Positions 27,162 to 33,653 of a DNA stretch of 64,000 bases are shown here, one piece after another. Source of the stretch: Dehalococcoidia bacterium (lineage in GTDB: Bacteria; Chloroflexota; Dehalococcoidia; Lucifugimonadales; JAGWBF01). The stretch is taken from assembly GCA_034423015.1 (NCBI GenBank), contig DAOUJG010000039.1, positions 75,633-139,632 of the forward strand, read 5' to 3'. A program made the position numbers and the translations under genes. Below the pieces are notes generated by a model. The model saw only the letters and a list, made by a program, of their open reading frames with translations. It did not search any database and had not been told where the DNA came from. Every line of letters begins with the position of its first letter. The stretch's first letter is position 1.

Positions 27162-28265
27162 TCAGTTTCGTCCCGGCAGCCGTGGGCGCAGCTGCACCCA
27201 CTTCGGCGGCAGCTTCCGCTCCCGCTTTCGGCCCGACACCTTCGGCAGCAACGGCTTAGGCATCCGGCGTCTTCGCTTGCGTGTCCGGCCCTCTCCCTGG
27301 CCGGGAGTTGCTGGTTTCGGTTTCGATGATGTGGGCAGCTTCGGCTGCGGTGACTTCGGCCCTTTGGCCCGCCGCGTCTCCGTCGCAGCGACGACTTTTG
27401 GAGACGCGGCGTCGGCTTTTACCACGTCCGCCCACTCCCGGAATGGCGGCGTCACGTGCGCCACTTCCCCGGGCGTCTTGTTCCCAAGGCTGTGATGCTT
27501 CCTGAACAGGTTGTAGTTGAGCGTCCAGCCGTCCAGGTAGCGTTGGCCGCTCTCGATGCTATCAAGGCCTCGGAGGGTCTTGGTGCGGTCCCTGAATGTC
27601 CCTTGCAGACGCTCCGACAGGTTGTTGTTGACTTCGGCCCTCATGCCTTGGGACTGGACGTGCTCCGCCTCAGGGAGGATGTCCTTGATGGGCTTGATGT
27701 AGGCCCGCCACTTGTCGGTGGTGATTTTCTTCGGCGGCCCGTCCGCGGCAGCCGCGGCCTTCCGGATCGCGGCCCTGGCCGCGTGGCCGTCCCGCCTGTA
27801 GGACAGGTGCGAGGCGAGGATGTAACGGGTGTCCTCGTCCATGACGTTCCAGTTGTAGGCCTTCTTCCCCCCGACGTCCACGACCATCTCGTCGGCCACC
27901 CAATGCCCGCCGCCGGTCTTGGCCTTCTGGTCTTTCATCCCCTTGACGGCCTCGTCGGTGTAGGTCTTGACCCACTCGAACACCGTCGCCTTGGAGGGCT
28001 CCGGGATGTCGTACTCCTTCTCCAACCCTTCGGCTATCTGCTTGTACGACTTCCCGCTGTAGTAGTCCTGGATGGCGCTCCCCATGAGCTCGGCGTCCAT
28101 GCGCCGCCCCTTGCCCTTGCCGTTGGCCCGGAACTTGGTCTTGCAGGCCTTGCACATGTAGCGTTGCTGTCCGGCCTGCTTCCCGACCTTCACCACCTTG
28201 TCACAGGCGCATTCAGGGCAAGCCAGGGTGACGGTTCGGACGGTCGTTTCTTCGAATTGAGTCAT
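27162..28265 (-). CDS. IS6-family DDE transposase with N-terminal zinc-ribbon and long K/R/P-rich C-terminal tail
   Basis: CPECACDK...CKACKTKF zinc ribbon. DDE segments HWVADEMVVDVGGKKAYNWNVMDEDTRYIL, KITTDKWRAYI and NNNLSERLQGTFRDRTK parallel IS26 (WHVDETYVKV.., INTDKAPAY, NNVIECDHGKLKR). Confidence 0.8.
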   Translation of the reverse strand: MTQFEETTVRTVTLACPECACDKVVKVGKQAGQQRYMCKACKTKFRANGKGKGRRMDAELMGSAIQDYYSGKSYKQIAEGLEKEYDIPEPSKATVFEWVKTYTDEAVKGMKDQKAKTGGGHWVADEMVVDVGGKKAYNWNVMDEDTRYILASHLSYRRDGHAARAAIRKAAAAADGPPKKITTDKWRAYIKPIKDILPEAEHVQSQGMRAEVNNNLSERLQGTFRDRTKTLRGLDSIESGQRYLDGWTLNYNLFRKHHSLGNKTPGEVAHVTPPFREWADVVKADAASPKVVAATETRRAKGPKSPQPKLPTSSKPKPATPGQGEGRTRKRRRRMPKPLLPKVSGRKRERKLPPKWVQLRPRLPGRN

Positions 28266-28465
28266 GGGCTCTCCTGCAAGCGCTCCGCAAGAGGGTTGTC
28301 AGCACGTAGCGGGTACAAGGACTCCATAGTCTCGAGCCGCTTCATGATCTCCACCCACGCTTTGCGCGTATCGGGTGAACAGTTGATCAACGCCTGGAGC
28401 AACGCCTCGACTTGGCGGGTCATATTCACGGGCACGACCTTTGTAGTATTGCGAACTGACGCCAA
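28262..28465 (-). CDS. hypothetical small helical protein, translationally coupled (ATGA) to the transposase
   Basis: GC3 is about 73% in this frame versus about 40% in the overlapping frame across 28300-28460. TTG start is uncertain (internal ATG, MTRQVEALL...). Confidence 0.4.
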   Translation of the reverse strand: MASVRNTTKVVPVNMTRQVEALLQALINCSPDTRKAWVEIMKRLETMESLYPLRADNPLAERLQESP

Positions 28466-28910
28466 CGCCGCCGTCTTTCTTGTCCGACACGCGAAAGCCG
28501 ATATCGCCGACTCGGCGACAAAGCCACAGCATGTCTTCTTCAGTCCGGACGTGTACCTCTACTACATCAACCCCACGCTTCACCAACCTGTCCAGACAAG
28601 CCCGTTTCTGCGCCGTGGGAGGGCTGGTGACAACCACCTCGACAATCCGTACTGGCGTGTCGTCGTCCCCGTACATGATCAAGTCAGGGACGATGCCTCC
28701 CACGGAGTCCCACTCGCCGGGAATCTTCGTACGGGCCACCCCTGCTCGAATATCCACGTCATACGCACCCCCAGGGCTGGTTCGAATCCAGACCCCGGTA
28801 TCTTCGGTGCCGCGTCGCGTTATCTCGTCATACAGCAGGGCCACGGTGCGGGCGTGCAGGTATGACTCCGGAGCCCCCGCAGTGCCGACGTTCCTACGCA
28901 TGTCCACCAT
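28299..28910 (-). CDS. hypothetical protein with PD-(D/E)xK-nuclease-like core. The 3' third is probably not translated in this frame.
   Basis: IVPDLIMYGDDDTPVRIVEVVVTS...VDVVEVHV resembles a CoiA/TnsA-type nuclease core. ATG 28910 behind ggagg. The C-terminal 55 codons have low GC3 and overlap ORF 28262-28465. Confidence 0.35.
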   Translation of the reverse strand: MVDMRRNVGTAGAPESYLHARTVALLYDEITRRGTEDTGVWIRTSPGGAYDVDIRAGVARTKIPGEWDSVGGIVPDLIMYGDDDTPVRIVEVVVTSPPTAQKRACLDRLVKRGVDVVEVHVRTEEDMLWLCRRVGDIGFRVSDKKDGGVGVSSQYYKGRAREYDPPSRGVAPGVDQLFTRYAQSVGGDHEAARDYGVLVPATC

Positions 28911-28954
28911 CGTTGTACCTCCATTCTCATTCTGCGCCCGGTTTCGTTTGCGCA

Positions 28955-29329
28955 CTACGGGTTCACCCCCACCAAATGTTCGGACGCTCGCCGGATTGCA
29001 ACGCCGATCGGCGTCAAGACAGAGTCGCCCGGCACGCTCCGCCAGTACGTCACGATGTCCCCGGTGTCAGTAACGATTGTCGCGTCGCTCACTCCAGCGC
29101 CCAAGGTGAGCGTGTCACTGGCGGAGTCATAGCCCAGCGTGCCCAACGGGAGGTAGGCCGACGCGCCCATCACGTCCACACTCACCACGTGTGTGCCTGC
29201 GTCGTCGTCAAGACCGACCAGCACTCCAAGGTCATCCTCTAGGTGCGCGCACGTTACCTCGCGGTCGGCCTCGTGGGTCATAACCCGCAACACGTCGGCG
29301 TCCTGGTCGTACACTATTGTCAGCCCCAC
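28955..29329 (-). CDS. tandem DUF2283-domain protein (antitoxin-like)
   Basis: Two YD..aD.L motif domains (LTIVYDQDADVLRV...VSVDVMGAS; LGYDSASDTLTL...IGVAIRRAS). GTG 29329 behind ggagg, overlapping the upstream stop (GTGGGGCTGA). Confidence 0.6.
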   Translation of the reverse strand: MGLTIVYDQDADVLRVMTHEADREVTCAHLEDDLGVLVGLDDDAGTHVVSVDVMGASAYLPLGTLGYDSASDTLTLGAGVSDATIVTDTGDIVTYWRSVPGDSVLTPIGVAIRRASEHLVGVNP

Positions 29330-29730
29330 TCTCGTACCTCCACGTCCTCGAAGCGTCGCTCGAAGTAGGCCCGATTCCCCTCGCGCCATGCCACAGTAGC
29401 GTTCCTGTCCTGAAAGGCGTTCACGATGGTCGAATCGTCCATCGACACCACAACCCGCACCACCTTCCCCAGCTCCGCCACATAAGCCATGTAATTCCGG
29501 CTCGGTCGCCCTGTCCTGTCAACGTAGACTCCACTCACAAACCAATCGTCCAGCACCTTCGCCACGACCTTTCTGGACATGCCGCTGTGTGGACTGTCGA
29601 ACATGTGGCGAGAGATGGCGCGGGTCCGCCCTCCGGCATCCAGTCTACGCCCGTAGCCACAGCTTGGACAGCCGGGCCTAGTGCTGGGCGTCTGCTTGCG
29701 TCGACAGCCTGAACCGCATCTGTGGCTCAC
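29320..29730 (-). CDS. DUF4258-like protein (toxin-like partner of DUF2283)
   Basis: ...AISRHMFDS...GMSRKVVAKVL...GKVVRVVVSMDDSTIVNAFQ fits the DUF4258 pattern. The start is uncertain (a GTGA overlap with the upstream ORF at 29727-29730). Confidence 0.45.
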   Translation of the reverse strand: MSHRCGSGCRRKQTPSTRPGCPSCGYGRRLDAGGRTRAISRHMFDSPHSGMSRKVVAKVLDDWFVSGVYVDRTGRPSRNYMAYVAELGKVVRVVVSMDDSTIVNAFQDRNATVAWREGNRAYFERRFEDVEVREWG

Positions 29731-30212
29731 GCTCCTTCATCCTCTATACCGTCTTGCGCCCGTTTCCACTCCCATAGACGGCGTTCTATTTCCGGCCACT
29801 GTTTCTCGGCATCCTCGCCGCTTATGGCGATAATCAGATGGTCGCCGTGGGTTGCATGGAAGTCCATGTGGCTCTCGATCTCTGTTGCCCGGTCGTTGAG
29901 CCAAGCTGTCCTCTCTTCTACCTTTCGCATCGCCCTGTACGCCATGTAGCGGAAGACCCCGTAGTTCACAATGGCCAGCACGCATCCTATGGCCAGTAAG
30001 AACCCCGTGTGTTCTAGGGTTGCCGCCGGAATCCTATGTTCAAAGGCAACGCTCACCCCAGCAAATATCACGGCCAGTACACCGAACGGGGCCAAGAAAA
30101 GCCCGCATCCGACAGCGAGAGCAATCCCTGTCCCCATGTGATAGCCTGGCCTGCCCAGGCGCTCCTCTAGCAACTTCGCTGTCCCCGGCACCAGCTCCCA
30201 GTCCATACGCAC
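29727..30212 (-). CDS. hypothetical membrane protein (3 predicted TM helices plus acidic C-terminal domain)
   Basis: 161 aa with hydrophobic stretches GIALAVGCGLFLAPFGVLAVIFAGVSVAF and GFLLAIGCVLAIVNYGVF. First gene inside IR-R. Confidence 0.5.
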   Translation of the reverse strand: MRMDWELVPGTAKLLEERLGRPGYHMGTGIALAVGCGLFLAPFGVLAVIFAGVSVAFEHRIPAATLEHTGFLLAIGCVLAIVNYGVFRYMAYRAMRKVEERTAWLNDRATEIESHMDFHATHGDHLIIAISGEDAEKQWPEIERRLWEWKRAQDGIEDEGA

Positions 30213-30228
30213 ATCATATCACCCCCAT

Positions 30229-30257
30229 ACCCTACAGGTAAACGAAACCAAGATGAC
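30229..30257. repeat. right end of transposon: IR-R accctacaggtaaacgaaacc (30229-30249) plus 8-bp target-site duplication AAGATGAC (30250-30257)
   Basis: See the left-end feature for the matching sequences. Confidence 0.9.
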
Positions 30258-30335
30258 AAGACCGGCAAACCCGGTCAACCAGCCCCATCGCAACGGCCTG
30301 CCTGGAAGGGATTTCGGCCCCCTCGCGCCCGTCGA

Positions 30336-30364
30336 TTGACACCGTACGCCTGAGCAAGTACGCT
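30336..30364 (+). promoter_or_regulatory. promoter candidate for amidohydrolase copies 2/3 (TTGACA-17-TACGCT)
   Basis: -35 TTGACA(CC) at 30336-30341, -10 at 30359-30364, outside the transposon. Confidence 0.4.
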
Positions 30365-30407
30365 ACCGGCAGACCCCCTTCCGTAGCCGTCGCAAGGAGG
30401 TGTGGCC

Positions 30408-31961
30408 GTGGCTTCGTCATTGATAAGGGGCAAGTACGTCGTGTCCAAGATTACCGGGCCCGACTCGGCCGAGGTGGTCTCGGACGGGGCCGTGTTTCAG
30501 AGGGACGGCGCCATCGTCGAGGTGGGCCCGTACGCGGACCTGAAGGAGCGGCACCCGGACGTGGAGGTGATAGGCTCCCCCAGCTACGTGGTGATGCCGG
30601 GGATGGTCAACGACCACTTCCACGTGGGGCTGAGCCCGTGCCAGATGGGGGCGTTGGACAATACCCAGGAGCTGAGGGCCCTGATAAGGATGGGCGCCAG
30701 GCGTATAGACCCATACCTGGACCAGCTGTACGGGGCCATCCAGATGATCGAGACGGGCACCACAACGGTGTGCGCCATACACGGCGGAATCACCAGGACG
30801 AACCCCGCCGAGATCCCGGACGTGGCGGACAAGGCCCTGAAGGCCTATCAGGAAGCCGGGATGCGCGTCTCCTACGCCCCCACCATCGCCGACCAGAACG
30901 CCCACATCGTGGGGCCCCGGGGGAACGAACGAGATTTCGCCGCGTTCATGCCCGGGGACCTGGGAGAGCGGTTCGCCAGCCACGTGGGGCGGGCTTACGG
31001 CCGGGTGGAGGAGTGGATGGAGGCCCTGGAAGAGGTCTTCAGGAGGTACGGCAACGACCAGTACGAGCGGATTCGAGTCACCCTGGCGCCCAGCAACGTG
31101 CACCGGTGCTCGGACGACTTGCTCGTCGCCTTCAAGGAGCTGGCCACCAAGTACCGGACGGGCATCCACATCCACCTCCAGGAGAGCCCTTACCAGAAGT
31201 TCTACGGCATGAACGCCTACGGGAAGACCCCCTTCCAGCACCTGGGCGACCTGGGCTTTCTGGGGCCCGAGGTGGTGTGCGGCCACAGCGTCTGGATCAC
31301 CGACGAGGACATCGAGCTCATGGCGGCCACGGGCACCAACGTGTGCCACAACGCCAGCTCCAACCTGCGCATCCACAACGGCATCGCCCCGGTGGGCAAG
31401 CTGCTGCAGAAGGGCATAAGGGTCGCCCTGGGCAGCGACGAGGCGACTATCAACGACGACAAGGACATGTACCAGGAGATGCGCCTGGCCCTGCGCCTGC
31501 ACTACCTGCCGGGCATAGACAACGTCATCCCAACGCCCTACGACCTCTTCCGGATGGGCACCGAGCACGGGGCCTACGCCGCCTGGTTCGGGGACCGGGT
31601 GGGGACGCTGGAGCCCGGCAAGCGGGCCGACATCGTCCTGATGGACCTGCGGAACATCGAGTACCCGTTCATCGACCCGGAGATAACCCTAATCGACGCC
31701 CTGGTATACCGGGGCAGGAGCCAGGACGTGGATACGGTGATTATCGACGGCGACGTGGTGATGCGCGACGGAAAGCTGACCCACGTGGACAAGGAGGCGG
31801 TGCTCCAGGAGATCAGCTCGGCCCTGAACAGGCCCCTGTCCGCCAGGGAGATGGAGGCCCGCGACCTGGTGAGGCAGGTCGAGCCGTACATGCGGCGGTT
31901 CCTCGAGGGCACCTTCCCCCAGGACCTGACGCCCCACTCCGTGTACAACTCGCGGTACTAG
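30408..31961 (+). CDS. metal-dependent amidohydrolase, copy 2
   Basis: Paralog of 22731-24281 (ASSLIRGKYVVSKITGPDSAEVVSDGAVFQRDGAIVEVGPY..., MPGMVNDHFHVG). GTG 30408 chosen (7 nt after aaggagg) over 30402. Confidence 0.85.
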   Translation: MASSLIRGKYVVSKITGPDSAEVVSDGAVFQRDGAIVEVGPYADLKERHPDVEVIGSPSYVVMPGMVNDHFHVGLSPCQMGALDNTQELRALIRMGARRIDPYLDQLYGAIQMIETGTTTVCAIHGGITRTNPAEIPDVADKALKAYQEAGMRVSYAPTIADQNAHIVGPRGNERDFAAFMPGDLGERFASHVGRAYGRVEEWMEALEEVFRRYGNDQYERIRVTLAPSNVHRCSDDLLVAFKELATKYRTGIHIHLQESPYQKFYGMNAYGKTPFQHLGDLGFLGPEVVCGHSVWITDEDIELMAATGTNVCHNASSNLRIHNGIAPVGKLLQKGIRVALGSDEATINDDKDMYQEMRLALRLHYLPGIDNVIPTPYDLFRMGTEHGAYAAWFGDRVGTLEPGKRADIVLMDLRNIEYPFIDPEITLIDALVYRGRSQDVDTVIIDGDVVMRDGKLTHVDKEAVLQEISSALNRPLSAREMEARDLVRQVEPYMRRFLEGTFPQDLTPHSVYNSRY

Positions 31962-31994
31962 CCCCAGCGGCCAGACAGGTACAGGAGGAGACCC

Positions 31995-33545
31995 ATGGCT
32001 TCATCGTTGGTACGGGGAAAGTACGTCATCTGCAAGGTAACGGGCCCCGACTCCGCCGAGGTGGTGGCCGACGGGGCGCTGTTCCAGAGGGACGGCGAGA
32101 TCGTCGAGGTGGGGGACTACGAGCAGCTCAGGGCCAACCATCCCGACGTGGAGGTCATCGGCTCCCCGCGATACGTGGTGATGCCCGGGTTGGTCAACGA
32201 CCACTTCCACGTGGGACTGACCCCCTTCCAGCTTGGCGCCCCCGACCTGCCCCTGGACCTGTGGGGCCTGGTGACCATGGGAAGAGCTTACGCCCGGCGT
32301 CTGGACCCCTACCTGGACCAGATGTACGGCGCGGTCCAGATGATCGAATCGGGCACCACCACGGTACAGGCCATACACGGGTCGAACAGGGGGGCCCGGC
32401 CCATGAACCCTGAAGCGGCGGGCAGGGCCATCACGGCGTTCCAGGAGTCGGGCATGCGGGTGTCGTACTGTCCCGCCGTGGCCGACCAGAACTCCCTGGT
32501 CTCCCTGGGCACCGAGGCCGGCTTCGCCGCCACCCTGCCCCCGGAGCTGGCGGAGCGGTTCACGTCGTTCATGGCGGCCAGCTACCGGCCCGTCGAGGAG
32601 ACGATAGAGTCCTTCGAGGAGATAAGCGAACGGTGGGGCAACCGCTACGAGCGGGTCCGCCTCACCCTCGCCCCCAGCAACGTCCACCGGTGCTCCGACG
32701 AGCTGCTGGTGGCCTTCAGGGAGCTGGCCAACAAGCACAAGACCGGGATACACATCCACCTTCAGGAGAGCATATACCAGAAGCTGGAGGGCCTGAGAGC
32801 CTGGAACAAGACCCCGCTGCAGCACCTGAACGACCTGGGATTCCTGGGCCCCGACGTGGTCTGCGGCCACAGCGTCTGGGTCACCGACGAGGACATCGAG
32901 GTGATGGCGGCGACGGGCACCAACGTGTGCCACAACGCCAGCTCCAACCTCCGGATCTCCAGCGGCATCGCGCCCATAGGGAAGCTGCTCCGAAAGGGCA
33001 TCCGGGTGGCCATAGGCAGCGACGAGGCCGGCATCAACGACGACAAGGACCTGCTCCAGGAGATGCGCCTGGTGCAGAAGATCCACAAGGCCCCCGGGGT
33101 GGAGACGGTTCCCCCCACCTCCTACCAGGTGTTCCAGATGGCCACGGAGAACGGCGCCTACGCGAGCTGGTTCGGCGACAGGGTGGGCACCCTGGAGCCC
33201 GGCAAGCGGGCCGACGTCGTACTCCTGAGCCTGGACAGCATCGAGGAGCCGTACCTGGACCCCGAGGTGTCCATTGTGGACGCGGTGGTCCACAGGGGCA
33301 CCAAGTGGGACGTGCACACGGTGCTGGTGGACGGGGAGGTGGTCATGCGGGACCGCAAGCTGACCAAGATCGACAAGGAGGGCCTCTACCGGGAGCTGAA
33401 AGAGGTGCTCAACAGGCCCAAGACCGACTACCAGATCGAGATGCGGGACATGACCGACCAGCTCATGCCCTACCTGAGGCGGTTCTACGAGGGCACCATA
33501 CCCGAGGGCATGACGCCCCACACCATCTACAACGCGAGCCAGTAA
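31995..33545 (+). CDS. metal-dependent amidohydrolase, copy 3
   Basis: MASSLVRGKYVICKVTGPDSAEVVADGALFQRDGEIVEVGDY..., MPGLVNDHFHVG. RBS aggagga. Confidence 0.85.
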   Translation: MASSLVRGKYVICKVTGPDSAEVVADGALFQRDGEIVEVGDYEQLRANHPDVEVIGSPRYVVMPGLVNDHFHVGLTPFQLGAPDLPLDLWGLVTMGRAYARRLDPYLDQMYGAVQMIESGTTTVQAIHGSNRGARPMNPEAAGRAITAFQESGMRVSYCPAVADQNSLVSLGTEAGFAATLPPELAERFTSFMAASYRPVEETIESFEEISERWGNRYERVRLTLAPSNVHRCSDELLVAFRELANKHKTGIHIHLQESIYQKLEGLRAWNKTPLQHLNDLGFLGPDVVCGHSVWVTDEDIEVMAATGTNVCHNASSNLRISSGIAPIGKLLRKGIRVAIGSDEAGINDDKDLLQEMRLVQKIHKAPGVETVPPTSYQVFQMATENGAYASWFGDRVGTLEPGKRADVVLLSLDSIEEPYLDPEVSIVDAVVHRGTKWDVHTVLVDGEVVMRDRKLTKIDKEGLYRELKEVLNRPKTDYQIEMRDMTDQLMPYLRRFYEGTIPEGMTPHTIYNASQ

Positions 33546-33584
33546 CGGCCAACGGCAGGCGCGGCGCCAATCTTGATAGTAAGC

Positions 33585-33613
33585 TTGACGCTCCTACGAA
33601 CTGGCTGTATCCT
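33585..33613 (+). promoter_or_regulatory. promoter candidate for SBP 2 (TTGACG-17-TATCCT)
   Basis: -35 at 33585-33590, -10 at 33608-33613, 40 nt upstream of ATG 33654. Confidence 0.4.
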
Positions 33614-33653
33614 AGTACGCGCTTGACTCGGATTTGATTCTGTGGAGGAAGCA

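Larger units (their letters stand above)
26878..30249. mobile_element. IS6-family-like transposon, 3,372 bp, one DDE transposase plus six passenger ORFs
   Basis: 21-bp terminal IRs, perfect 8-bp direct repeat, IS6-type DDE transposase, about 55-57% GC versus about 65% in the flanks (spot counts). All seven ORFs are on the minus strand with coupled junctions. Confidence 0.85.

Noticed and set aside
27312-27326. ggtttcggtttcg inside the transposase gene, resembling the transposon terminus ggtttcg.
   Set aside because: It is explained by KPKP codons (aaaccgaaacc on the coding strand). Only 7 nt match the IR.
28470-28500. Programmed -1 ribosomal frameshift at gacaagaaagacgg, as in IS1/IS3 orfAB.
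   Set aside because: The downstream frame is +1, not -1, relative to the upstream ORF. The heptamer is not a canonical slippery site, and IS6 elements are not known to use frameshifting. It is kept only as part of the overlap observation.
30232-30420. 62-aa minus-strand ORF across the right transposon end.
   Set aside because: It spans IR-R, the target duplication, the native promoter and the start of the amidohydrolase gene. No RBS or family signal.
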